From positions 2,584 through 66,583 of the IMG/VR virus record IMGVR_UViG_3300028883_000048: a stretch of 64,000 nt of DNA. The stretch is one strand, 5' to 3'. Source of the stretch: a virus. Position numbers and translations under genes: made by a program. This document shows, piece after piece, positions 39,101-48,864 of this stretch. How positions within the stretch are numbered: the first letter of the stretch is position 1; the number at the start of each line of letters is the position of its first letter. The notes below the pieces were generated by a model. It saw nothing but the letters and a program-made list of their open reading frames with translations. It was not told where the DNA came from and did not search any database.

Positions 39101-40716
39101 TGACCGATGATATAAAATTAAAAAATGGTGGGCGCTTAGTTGATGTCAAAGCATATTTCGCTGGTAAGATAAATCCCCCGGTTGTCAAACATGACCGATC
39201 GACTCAGACCGATATCTACGACAACCAGACCGAAGATTTGCAACTGATCTCTCACCAGTTTGACCCCGAGTTTCATTCGAAACTGCCGAAGTATATGGGC
39301 ATCCTCGGCGTTTGCGTTGAGGCCATGGAGACAAACGTCGGCGGGTTGGGTTATGATTTTATCCGTCGGGTTCCTGAGAAGGATATGACCGATCAGGAGA
39401 GGGCTGAGGCCGATGAGGAATATGATGCCCTGATCAGCCTGTTTGATCATATCAACCCCGATCTGACTTTTATTGATCTCAGGCGTCGGATGCAGAACAA
39501 TAAAGAGTTAACAGGTTTTTCGGCCATCGAGGTCATAAGGGATAATGTTGGTGATGTCAGGGAATTTCATCTCATACCCTCACTAAACTTTTTTATGACC
39601 CGTCGGGATGACGAATTTACTGACTATGACGAATTGATCAGAAATAAGCAGACCGGGCAATATAATGTTCAGATCAGACGCAAGCGGTTCCGTCGATATG
39701 TCCAGCAGATAAATTCCAAGAAAATATATTTCAAAGAGGTTGGCGACCCGCGACCGATTTCGGCCATTGACGGTAAACCTCGGTCAGGAGATTTACAGGC
39801 CAATGAGGTTATCTTTGATAATAATTACTGTAATTATTGTCCCTATGGCATACCCCGTTGGGTTGGTAATTACCTGAGGATATTAGGTCATCGCAAATCA
39901 GAGGAAACAAACTATTTTTATTTCCAGAACCGGGCAATGCCCGAATATGTCATTATGGTCTCAGGAGGTCATCTAACAGATGCGTCTATCAGAATGTTAG
40001 AGACCCGTCTGGAACAGCTCAGAGGTTCGGAAAATTGGGGCAAACCCCTTGTGATCGAGGCAGAGGGCGAAGACATTGGTGCCATGCAGGGTGAATCGGT
40101 TACTCCGGTTCGCATCGAATTAAAACCCCTCACGGCTGACACAATAACCGATGCTCTATTTCAAAATTATCAAAAAAGCGCTGAACAGGCTGTTCGTTTA
40201 TCGTTCAGGCTCCCACCTATATTTATCGGCGCTTCCGAAGATACCCGATATGCTAACGCTTTACAATCGATTAATGTGGCCGAGAATCAGGTGTTCAGAC
40301 CTGAACGGCTGTCATTCGATTCTAAGATCAATCGATTTATTCTCCCATCGCTGGGTATCAAGCATTGGGATTTCTCAACTCTCGGCAACAAGACGGTTGA
40401 TGATGCTGAGGTTGCTAAGGCTCTAATTGGTTATCGTGATGCCATGACCTTAGAACAGATTAACAAGATCATAAGTCGGGCAACTGGTGACCCCGTAGAA
40501 GACCCGCCTGAAGAATATTCTAATGTGCCATTTATAGCCATAAGAACGGCCATTACATCGGCTATGAGCCAAGATAATCCTGATCAACAGCATGAGCAAC
40601 CTGATGAAGAAGATGTTGAGCCCGATGAGATCGACGAGGCCAAGAAGGTTATTAAGGCCGTTAGGCTGTTAAATGAAAAGCTTAAAACTCTTAAGAGTGT
40701 GAGAGATGGAAGATAA
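39100..40716 (+). CDS. portal protein (PBSX-like)
   Basis: G...IEVIR...G, YG.P.W, N..YF.N.A.P, FR.PP. Confidence 0.9.
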   Translation: MTDDIKLKNGGRLVDVKAYFAGKINPPVVKHDRSTQTDIYDNQTEDLQLISHQFDPEFHSKLPKYMGILGVCVEAMETNVGGLGYDFIRRVPEKDMTDQERAEADEEYDALISLFDHINPDLTFIDLRRRMQNNKELTGFSAIEVIRDNVGDVREFHLIPSLNFFMTRRDDEFTDYDELIRNKQTGQYNVQIRRKRFRRYVQQINSKKIYFKEVGDPRPISAIDGKPRSGDLQANEVIFDNNYCNYCPYGIPRWVGNYLRILGHRKSEETNYFYFQNRAMPEYVIMVSGGHLTDASIRMLETRLEQLRGSENWGKPLVIEAEGEDIGAMQGESVTPVRIELKPLTADTITDALFQNYQKSAEQAVRLSFRLPPIFIGASEDTRYANALQSINVAENQVFRPERLSFDSKINRFILPSLGIKHWDFSTLGNKTVDDAEVAKALIGYRDAMTLEQINKIISRATGDPVEDPPEEYSNVPFIAIRTAITSAMSQDNPDQQHEQPDEEDVEPDEIDEAKKVIKAVRLLNEKLKTLKSVRDGR

Positions 40717-41671
40717 TACAGTCATTGGTTTTAGCAGGTTAGACGTTGTTGACCCTGATAAAACAACTGTACTTGATCAAATAATATATGATGAGGTTTG
40801 TGCTCTCGAGCATAATACCCAGCAGGTTATTAAGGCCGGAGAGGGCTCAGATTTTCCTCATGAGGCTGACTTTCTTAATAAGCTATTGAATGAATGGTCA
40901 AAGAAAGGCCGGGCATCGATCGAGGAAGTTTTACAAATCTTAAAGGATGATCTTGGTCTCGATGAGCAGACGGCTCGCGAGGTCATGTATACTTTTGATA
41001 AACATCTTAAAACAAATTTCACGGCCTCGGTTGAGACCTCTACAAAACAACTGCTCGATCGATCTTATCAAGATGCTCGTTTACGGGTTTCAATCCCGGC
41101 CAGTCTACCACTGGGACTTGATCTCATCGATGAGACAACAATCGAATGGTTGCAGAACCACCATCTTTATTGGATAAAATCATATTATAATAAAAAGCTT
41201 TCCGGTCACATATCGGATATTGTTACAGAAGGGCTCAGGGAAGGGCTCGGCCGGAAAGATGTCGGTAATAATTTAAAAGAGTTTTTCAAGAATTATAAGG
41301 GCGTGTCATCTAAGCCAGACGTATACTGGCGCGGTCTCGCGGCTAATGCCATGAATCGTTCTCGACAATTCGGAATGATTGAAGGGTATGAGCGAGCTGG
41401 TGTAAAGCGTTTACGGATTATGGCTGTTATGGATGAACGAACCTCGGCTATTTGTAGAGAGATGAACGGTCGGATTATACCTATTGATCAGGCCGTTCGT
41501 CAAAAGAAAAACATTATCGGGGCGTCTGACCCCGAGGATATTAAGCAGATGGCGCCTTGGCCGAAGATCGACGAGATTAAGGGGCTTGAGACCGAGCAGA
41601 TTATGGCTAAAAATGTGGTTCTTCCCCCTTATCATTTTCACTGTCGAACAACCGTTGTGAGTGTTACATGA
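40706..41671 (+). CDS. minor head protein (Mu gpF/SPP1 gp7-like)
   Basis: AVMDERTS.ICR.MNG...PPYHFHCRT. Confidence 0.88.
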   Translation: MEDNTVIGFSRLDVVDPDKTTVLDQIIYDEVCALEHNTQQVIKAGEGSDFPHEADFLNKLLNEWSKKGRASIEEVLQILKDDLGLDEQTAREVMYTFDKHLKTNFTASVETSTKQLLDRSYQDARLRVSIPASLPLGLDLIDETTIEWLQNHHLYWIKSYYNKKLSGHISDIVTEGLREGLGRKDVGNNLKEFFKNYKGVSSKPDVYWRGLAANAMNRSRQFGMIEGYERAGVKRLRIMAVMDERTSAICREMNGRIIPIDQAVRQKKNIIGASDPEDIKQMAPWPKIDEIKGLETEQIMAKNVVLPPYHFHCRTTVVSVT

Positions 41672-41754
41672 GCGAGCGGATTGATATATCGTCTGCGGTA
41701 ATAGGGAGAGGAAAAGACCTCTCCCCGCACACCAATTATAAAGCAGGTGAATAA

Positions 41755-42381
41755 ATGACTGATTTAGTTAAACCGATTCAGCAATTAGTTCAAGGCTCAT
41801 CGATTGTCAGGGTTTACCCTCAGGCTTCTTATGAGATATTAGAGAGTGGAACTTCCAACGTGGTTGTCTCAGGTGTCGCCGACGATGATGGTATAATAAC
41901 CGTTCAGACATTGGCTTCAGGTGTATATGATCTGAGGGTTGACAACACAATTATTGAGACCTTTCAGCATATAACTTATGATTATGCCTCTAAGTTTGCT
42001 CGACCGTTTGACTGGTTTATATCTGGCTCAATCAGCTCTGACAGCGGTGGCGCCAATGATATAAAGGTTTATAGGCCGGGCGTGGCTGGTAAAATAAAAG
42101 AAATCAATATTGTCGCTGAGCACGTCGATGCGACTGGTGATCTAACCGTTCATATCCTGAGGGGCACAGCTCCCGGGACATCAAGGTTGGCGGTTCCGGC
42201 TGATTCGATATATAGCCATAGGGTTTATCCCCAAGCCGAACAATACCCCTATTCAAGCGGATTGGTCTTGCCCAGCCCCGAGCTCTCAATATCGGCTGAT
42301 CAGTTTGTAACCATCGGCTGGGATTATACGGCTGGAACGGTTGAAGGTCTCGGCGTATATGCGATATTTAAACAATCATAG
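41755..42381 (+). CDS. hypothetical structural protein
   Basis: beta-rich, in head cluster. Confidence 0.55.
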   Translation: MTDLVKPIQQLVQGSSIVRVYPQASYEILESGTSNVVVSGVADDDGIITVQTLASGVYDLRVDNTIIETFQHITYDYASKFARPFDWFISGSISSDSGGANDIKVYRPGVAGKIKEINIVAEHVDATGDLTVHILRGTAPGTSRLAVPADSIYSHRVYPQAEQYPYSSGLVLPSPELSISADQFVTIGWDYTAGTVEGLGVYAIFKQS

Positions 42382-42393
42382 GAGATAATTATT

Positions 42394-43728
42394 ATGAGTG
42401 TAAAGGGTGCGCGATATTGGCTTAAGGATTACAACGTCGAAGAAGTGACTGTTGTGGTTGAGCCGTATACTCCTTGTATGCCCCTTGCTCTGGTAGAGGT
42501 CGCTAAGGCCAAGAGATCAGAACGTCGGCCAGTTGTCAAGTTTGGTCAACCTAAACCCCCCGATAATGCCAAACGGGTAAATATGCGCTTTGAAATCCTC
42601 AAAGCCGATGAAGCCAAACAAGAGGTTTATGGTTATGCCTACGTTGCTAATGAGGCTGATCTTGATACTGATGCTATGACACCGGAGGAGCTAAAAAAGG
42701 CGGCTCATAGCCTGATGGAAAACCTCAGCCGAGGGACACAGAAAGGCACAGGCGCCGGGGTAAATCATGAAAAATTTGAAAACATTGGTCACCTTGTCGA
42801 GAGCGCTTATGACATAGATGGCTCACTTGGTAAAGCTCATGGCTTTGTTAACCCCCTACCAGATGCTTGGTTTATTGGGATGAAGCTATCAGACGAGACA
42901 TGGAAGCTCTATAAAGAGGGTAAGGTCACTGGGTTCTCGATCGGTGGTTACGCTGACAGGGTGCCGATTGATGATGAAAAGAAAAATAATGTCATTTCTA
43001 ATCTGGTTAATAGGTTTAAAAGAAACGACAAAGATTTCGCCTCTGATTATACGTTTGATCAGATGGCTGGCAAGATCGATGAACTGATCTGGATATTACA
43101 TGATACGCTGATCTGGATATTGCTGGACAGCGAAGTCACAGACAAACGAGAAGCAATCAGCGAATCGATTAGGCAGTTTAGGGCAGTTATGATCGACTCC
43201 TATAACCTGTTGCCAGATTTTAATGACCTCGACAAAGCAAAAGAGATCGTAGAGCTAATAGAAAAACTTAACAAGACTGGAATAGTAAATATCGATCTAA
43301 AAGATCATAACCAAGGAGATATGCTCATGGAAAAATCAGACGTAAAAGAACTGATTATTGATGTTCTTAAAGCCGAGGGGCTTTATAGGGACAAGGATGA
43401 CAACAAGGTCGCTAAGGCCGACTTCCAGAAAGCCATTGATGACATGACTACAACTGTTACTGAGGCCAACAAAAAGCTGGAAGGCCACGAGGCGTCGATT
43501 ACTGAACTAACCGAGGTTGTTACCAAGTTGAGTGAAGGTATTGAAGCCATTGTTGACAAGATTAACAAATATTTCAAAACCCCGGGCATTCGCAAGTCGG
43601 ATGATGACCCGATCGACGATAATGAACCAACCAAGAAAACCAAAGATGGGGTTGCCGTCGATAAAGAGGGCAACATCGACTGGAAATCCATCATGAAAGG
43701 AACTGTTGTAGATAAAGCTACTCTTTAA
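42394..43728 (+). CDS. XkdF-like prohead protease with C-terminal scaffold
   Basis: VYG.AY...D.D.D...AAH..M...H..VES...W..G.K.....W.....G..TGFSIGG; coiled-coil tail. Confidence 0.85.
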   Translation: MSVKGARYWLKDYNVEEVTVVVEPYTPCMPLALVEVAKAKRSERRPVVKFGQPKPPDNAKRVNMRFEILKADEAKQEVYGYAYVANEADLDTDAMTPEELKKAAHSLMENLSRGTQKGTGAGVNHEKFENIGHLVESAYDIDGSLGKAHGFVNPLPDAWFIGMKLSDETWKLYKEGKVTGFSIGGYADRVPIDDEKKNNVISNLVNRFKRNDKDFASDYTFDQMAGKIDELIWILHDTLIWILLDSEVTDKREAISESIRQFRAVMIDSYNLLPDFNDLDKAKEIVELIEKLNKTGIVNIDLKDHNQGDMLMEKSDVKELIIDVLKAEGLYRDKDDNKVAKADFQKAIDDMTTTVTEANKKLEGHEASITELTEVVTKLSEGIEAIVDKINKYFKTPGIRKSDDDPIDDNEPTKKTKDGVAVDKEGNIDWKSIMKGTVVDKATL

Positions 43729-43833
43729 TATTATGATAATCCAGCAGGTGGCATTTTTTTAAATCCTACCACAAATCATCTACCACCTAAACCTGCTAAT
43801 TAATTCTCACCTAATAAATGAAGGGCTTTTATT

Positions 43834-45147
43834 ATGAGCAAAAAAGGCTTACATCCCGATCTCAAAGAGAAGGTCGAAAAATTTGCGGACGGCCTCAATA
43901 TCCCGGACGTTAAAACCCTAAAGGCCGACCCGGGAATAATTGATCAAGACAGCGCAACCTATGGGGGCACTCTCCCGCGTGATGCTGTTCTCGGCCTGAT
44001 CAGGACTATGGAAGATCATAGTCTGTTGTTAAAATCTATTGACCTCAAGCGCGTATCGGCTAAAACCGGCCATGTCCCGATTCAGAGCATTGATAGTCCG
44101 GTGTCTCAGGCTGTTACTGAGAATGACCCGACTATTGTTGACAACCTGCTTGAGACCTCAATGGTACCTTATAGCTGTAAAAAGCTAAAAGCTAATATCA
44201 TCGTCACAACTGAGATGATTGAATCTGCGGGTGAATCCGGCATGGGAAATTTCGAATCTAACCTGATGACCGATTTTGCTAAAGCCTTAGCAAACGATTT
44301 ATCTCATCTGGCTATCAGGGGCGATTCCTCTTTACCAGCAACTACTAAGTGGAACAAGCTTCTCAGGCGTTGCGATGGCTTGTCAAAGCTCTGTGATGAC
44401 AATGGTGCTAATGTCATTGACGCCGCGGGCAAGGGTATCGGTCTCGGCACCTTTGCTGTTATGAAACGGCTGTTACCTCCGCTGTATGCGCAAAACTTAA
44501 CTCTTTATCGCTGGTTATTTAATTCCTCTGTTGAGGATGTATATAGGTCGATGTTCGCTGATGAGCGTGAGACCGATACTGGCGATGCGTTCCTGAGCCG
44601 TCGGCCAGACGTAACCCCTATGGGAATTAAACCCATCATCACCAACACGATTCTCGATTCCCTTGGTGATACCCCGGTTGCCCCGACTGCCGTTGTTGAT
44701 GATACCGATGGTACCATGACCGTTAGGGTTGCAACCGTACTCCCCGACTCGACTGATTCTTCTGGTCGCTTGGTGACCATCACTTGTAAGGCAACTGGCT
44801 TGAGTGAGACCTGTGAGGTCGATTATAATGGTTCATCTCAGAACATTATTGAGACCACCACCGCACTTGGTCAGGACACTATCTCGACAACCCAGAGCGA
44901 CTATACTGTTGCTGTTGCCGACCAGACTCAGGTTTATCTGATGGATCCCAAGCGATACGCTCTGGTGTCAACCACTCACAACTGGCGTTCATATCGCAAG
45001 TTCAATGAACAGGCTGACCGCTATGAGTTTACTTTCTATTATTGGATTGATAGTCTGCTCGCTGAGCCGGAATCAATCGTCAAACTCGACAACCTGACTC
45101 TCCCGCAACTGACCGACTGGACTGCGTGGACTGGTCTCGCAAGTTAA
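43834..45147 (+). CDS. major capsid protein (HK97 fold)
   Basis: position after protease; GG.LP, T.E.IE, A.A.D...LAI.GD, C-terminal strands. Confidence 0.85.
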   Translation: MSKKGLHPDLKEKVEKFADGLNIPDVKTLKADPGIIDQDSATYGGTLPRDAVLGLIRTMEDHSLLLKSIDLKRVSAKTGHVPIQSIDSPVSQAVTENDPTIVDNLLETSMVPYSCKKLKANIIVTTEMIESAGESGMGNFESNLMTDFAKALANDLSHLAIRGDSSLPATTKWNKLLRRCDGLSKLCDDNGANVIDAAGKGIGLGTFAVMKRLLPPLYAQNLTLYRWLFNSSVEDVYRSMFADERETDTGDAFLSRRPDVTPMGIKPIITNTILDSLGDTPVAPTAVVDDTDGTMTVRVATVLPDSTDSSGRLVTITCKATGLSETCEVDYNGSSQNIIETTTALGQDTISTTQSDYTVAVADQTQVYLMDPKRYALVSTTHNWRSYRKFNEQADRYEFTFYYWIDSLLAEPESIVKLDNLTLPQLTDWTAWTGLAS

Positions 45148-45158
45148 GGCGGTGATTT

Positions 45159-45674
45159 GTGAGGATAATTAGAGGAAAACCAAGAGAGCAAAACTTTTTA
45201 GTCAAGCTCAATTCATCTCGTCTAACCGTGGTAGGTGTAGGGTCATTCGATAAGGGGTTTACCAAGGTGGTAAGCCCCAGTGACCCGATGCTACTATTTT
45301 TTAAAAAACATAAATGCTTTACGGTGAAAACTACCTTCGAGCCCGTTCAAGGTAAGATCATAGAGGTTAAGCCTGAAAATCTGCCCCATGAGAGTATTGA
45401 CATCGACCCCTTACACAATCCCGATGATGGTCTTGAACCGGAACCGACCCCCGATGATGAGGCTAAACAAGATGCCAATTTTGAGGATGACCCTATAGAG
45501 GTCTTAGGGCTCGACAAAGACACCATCGAAGCGCTTAAGAAAAACGGTCTTACCAGTATCGCCCATATATTTGATCTCGATGATGAGGCATTGATGGAAT
45601 TTAATGGCATTGGTGAAGCCCGTGCAACTAAGATCATCCAAGCCATAAACGCTTGGGAAAATAATAAGGAGTAA
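45159..45674 (+). CDS. protein with C-terminal HhH/RNAP alpha-CTD-like domain
   Basis: IEVLGL......LKKNGL.SI..I.......L....GIG...A..I. Confidence 0.65.
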   Translation: MRIIRGKPREQNFLVKLNSSRLTVVGVGSFDKGFTKVVSPSDPMLLFFKKHKCFTVKTTFEPVQGKIIEVKPENLPHESIDIDPLHNPDDGLEPEPTPDDEAKQDANFEDDPIEVLGLDKDTIEALKKNGLTSIAHIFDLDDEALMEFNGIGEARATKIIQAINAWENNKE

Positions 45675-45680
45675 CCTGTT

Positions 45681-46205
45681 ATGGGAAATAAATCTGGCTC
45701 TGGAAAAATCGGGTTCAACAAACCCAATGAGTTGAGTGTTAATACTCATCTATTTGAAAACCGGGTAATTCAGGGGATGATGTTCACCGATGGAACTACT
45801 GGCTCGTCAATTACAGCCGACCCCACACATGACTTTAACTGCGATATCTCAGCTGGTATCGTGGCTGTCAATGGCGTGGTCAAGGAATTTGCGGCTCAGG
45901 CTGATTATGACATCTCTCACGCGGCTGATGCCGCGCTGTTAGCCGATGGCGAAGCCATTTACTATACCTTTATTGTATATTGGTCTCCTGAACTCCCGAC
46001 TACCGTTGCTATGAGGATGTTCACTGGCAGTATCGATGCTGTTGCCGATGCAGTACCGGTTACAAAGGCTGAAATCGATGCTAAGTTCTCTGACGAGGCG
46101 GTATGGTTTGAGCTCGCAACTGTTAAGTTCCATCGAACCAATGCGACAACCGGGTTGACCGTCACTGTCGATAACGCTATCAGACCGTCTCTTATCCCGG
46201 CATAA
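45681..46205 (+). CDS. putative head decoration/structural protein
   Basis: AAGGAG SD; position after MCP. Confidence 0.5.
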   Translation: MGNKSGSGKIGFNKPNELSVNTHLFENRVIQGMMFTDGTTGSSITADPTHDFNCDISAGIVAVNGVVKEFAAQADYDISHAADAALLADGEAIYYTFIVYWSPELPTTVAMRMFTGSIDAVADAVPVTKAEIDAKFSDEAVWFELATVKFHRTNATTGLTVTVDNAIRPSLIPA

Positions 46206-46209
46206 GATC

Positions 46210-46806
46210 ATGTATGTTACTGTTGCTGATATAAGAGCCTATGACAGTGAAATAACTCTGGAGAGTTATTCTAACGATGCTGTCACTGACGCGATATTAG
46301 AAGCGGAACAGTATATTAATACTCGTACCCGTCAATACTTTGAGCCTCGCGATACAGTCCTCATATTGGCGGGTGCGGGGATTAAAGACCTTCTATTACC
46401 TGTTCCGGTTATTGAGATAACCGAGCTGACTGTTAATGATACAGAATATATAGAAGATACTGACTTTGAATATCTGGCTCCCGATGGTAAGATGTGTCCG
46501 TTCCTCAGACATCTCACATCCGTCTGGCGTAACCGATCTGAAATTAAAATAACCGGGACTTTTGGCTATACTGAGCTCGATGATGAAGATCACGTTGCCC
46601 CGCTTTTGATTCAAAGACTTTGTAAGATAATAGCAACCAAAATTCTAAAGGGCGAAGCCGATAAAGGTGGCGGTTTGATCTCTGAAAAGATCGATGATTA
46701 TTCTTATACCAAATCCGAGAAATCGGCTCCCCGAGAATGGTTTGGTAGCGTTGAGGCCAATCGTATTGCTTCGATGTTTACCCGGCCAGTCATAAGGACG
46801 TATTGA
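46210..46806 (+). CDS. head-tail adaptor
   Basis: Y.T..D......A...I...T...F, GY, SEKIDDYSY. Confidence 0.75.
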   Translation: MYVTVADIRAYDSEITLESYSNDAVTDAILEAEQYINTRTRQYFEPRDTVLILAGAGIKDLLLPVPVIEITELTVNDTEYIEDTDFEYLAPDGKMCPFLRHLTSVWRNRSEIKITGTFGYTELDDEDHVAPLLIQRLCKIIATKILKGEADKGGGLISEKIDDYSYTKSEKSAPREWFGSVEANRIASMFTRPVIRTY

Positions 46807-46810
46807 CATC

Positions 46811-47101
46811 ATGAGCGATCACAATTGCTATCAATCTGATAGAATTAAGAACATTGAGGATGATGTTCGTGCGGTAGATCAGAAAGTCGACAATCAGACT
46901 AAGGCGATTTATGACAAATATAATGGTCAGATCAGAGAGTTCCACAAAGAGTTTATCGACTTTAAAGACCAAGCACTTGGGTTGTATTCTGGTTTAAAAA
47001 CCTCAACCGCTATTGCCAATCTCAAGATCGGTTTGATTGTCTTTATCGCTACGATCATCGCCACGTCGTTAGCATCAATCATATTGGAGAGAGTGATTTG
47101 A
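46811..47101 (+). CDS. coiled-coil protein with C-terminal TM
   Basis: XhlA-like architecture. Confidence 0.55.
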   Translation: MSDHNCYQSDRIKNIEDDVRAVDQKVDNQTKAIYDKYNGQIREFHKEFIDFKDQALGLYSGLKTSTAIANLKIGLIVFIATIIATSLASIILERVI

Positions 47102-47517
47102 AACCCACAAGCAGATTAATCAACAATCATAAACAGATGTTTAGAGATAAGTCTGTTACGATATCATATCAAGGTAGATCGAACGATCAAACCGTATATG
47201 ACGAGCTGACCGGTGACCCTCTAATTTCGTATGATGATACATATAATACCGCCATTGAGTTACAGGCCATCATTAAAAAGAAGGCCTCGCCATTACCTGA
47301 AAATAATGAGAAGGGCGAGAACGAGCATATTGACGCTATTATCAGACTATTGATTGATGATGTTCTCGATGCTGGTATTATTTTTCAATTAGGTGATAGA
47401 TTTATTCTCCCCAATGATAACCAGAATTATTACCTAAAGAAAATTACTGAGCAGAAGCACGTTTACGATCAATACCTTGAATATTATATCGCTGTATCGA
47501 CAAAAGAGGGGCGTTAA
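47098..47517 (+). CDS. head closure protein
   Basis: position and size. Confidence 0.55.
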   Translation: MKPTSRLINNHKQMFRDKSVTISYQGRSNDQTVYDELTGDPLISYDDTYNTAIELQAIIKKKASPLPENNEKGENEHIDAIIRLLIDDVLDAGIIFQLGDRFILPNDNQNYYLKKITEQKHVYDQYLEYYIAVSTKEGR

Positions 47518-47519
47518 TT

Positions 47520-48017
47520 ATGTCACGGGGCGATGTATTTATTGAAGATTGGGACAAGCTGGAACGTGACCTCAAGAAGTTCCCCGATCTTTTAGATCGT
47601 AATATAAAGAAAGCAACTAAGGCCTCAGCTATATCAGCCAGAGATCACGTTAAGGTATATATCAACCTTGGTGGTAGAGATTGGCCTCCACTAAAAGAGG
47701 CTACTATTAAACGTAAGGGAAGCTCTAAACCCCTTATCGATCATGGTGATTTGCTGAATTCTGTTGTCTGTAAAATGATTACGGGTTATATGTTTTTTGT
47801 TGGCGTCCCACGGAACGTAAAGAAGAAAAATAAAAAGATGGTCAACATCGCGGCCGTTCATGAATATGGGGCGCCCGATCAGAACATTCCTGCCCGACCG
47901 TTTATCGAACCCGGCTTAGAGAGCGCCACCAAGAGTATTATCAATAGATATAAAATAGGACTTCTATCAACCTTAAGAGGGCGTTTATATAATGACTCTG
48001 TTCGTGGACTTGATTGA
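47520..48017 (+). CDS. neck/virion morphogenesis protein
   Basis: W.PL...T..RKGS.KPLID.G.L, A.VHEYG...IP.RPF. Confidence 0.8.
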   Translation: MSRGDVFIEDWDKLERDLKKFPDLLDRNIKKATKASAISARDHVKVYINLGGRDWPPLKEATIKRKGSSKPLIDHGDLLNSVVCKMITGYMFFVGVPRNVKKKNKKMVNIAAVHEYGAPDQNIPARPFIEPGLESATKSIINRYKIGLLSTLRGRLYNDSVRGLD

Positions 48018-48606
48018 GGACATTGACCAAGCGATAATCAATTATTGGAAGGATAAGTTTAAAGACTTCCCTTGTGATAATGATGTTGTTGTTGAATTGG
48101 CTTTTAAGCAAGAGCCACAAGACGAAGATGTTCCCCGTTCTCGTACCTATCCGCGATTGCTTCTCTCGATGATTGGAACAGCAATCGATCATTGGCGGGC
48201 GCATAGTATAATGTCCTCTGTCGTGTCTGAGAATGATGATGATACTGTTAATGTTCAAGATGTCCCGGTGCCCTTTAACATCACCTACCAATTAGACGGA
48301 TATTTTACTGACAGACGACAGGGCTGGCGGGCTCAACTCATAATGTCTCAAGAGCTCGGCTCTCGCTATAAAACAGATATTGAAACCCAAAAAGGCCGAG
48401 TGATATCTCTCAAAGAGATACCTGATGCTCTTGATGGTATTGATCATCCAGAGGATGATGACTATAACTCAAAGCTCTGGCGAAAGACAGTTCGCTTTGT
48501 AGTTGAGACAAATTTAGAGTCAGGTGTCTTAATCACTTCCAACATAATCCTGACCCGTCAATTCGATGTTAATGATATTTCTGTAATAGATACTACGGAG
48601 GAATAA
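47992..48606 (+). CDS. tail terminator (Pvc16/gp15-like)
   Basis: P....YQ motif; precedes sheath. Confidence 0.6.
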   Translation: MTLFVDLIEDIDQAIINYWKDKFKDFPCDNDVVVELAFKQEPQDEDVPRSRTYPRLLLSMIGTAIDHWRAHSIMSSVVSENDDDTVNVQDVPVPFNITYQLDGYFTDRRQGWRAQLIMSQELGSRYKTDIETQKGRVISLKEIPDALDGIDHPEDDDYNSKLWRKTVRFVVETNLESGVLITSNIILTRQFDVNDISVIDTTEE

Positions 48607-48861
48607 ATGAATAAAAACAAGCGGAGCTTTAAGATCAAGAACTTAAAGCGCACGTTTCTTACTATTCCATTAAAAACGAAATCTATCGCCTTATGCTCAA
48701 TGAGCGAATCTGATGTCTGGTTTCCTGAGACCGAGATGACCCCGGGCATTAAGCGGTTCGAGAAAATGGGTTATATCGTTTTGGAATGGAGGGAAGAAAC
48801 CGTTAAGATCGATTCCCCGGTTGGCCGGGTAAAAATCGAGAAAACAGACAAGGACGGTTAA
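48607..48861 (+). CDS. hypothetical protein
   Basis: 84 aa, GGAGG SD. Confidence 0.55.
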   Translation: MNKNKRSFKIKNLKRTFLTIPLKTKSIALCSMSESDVWFPETEMTPGIKRFEKMGYIVLEWREETVKIDSPVGRVKIEKTDKDG

Positions 48862-48864
48862 TCT

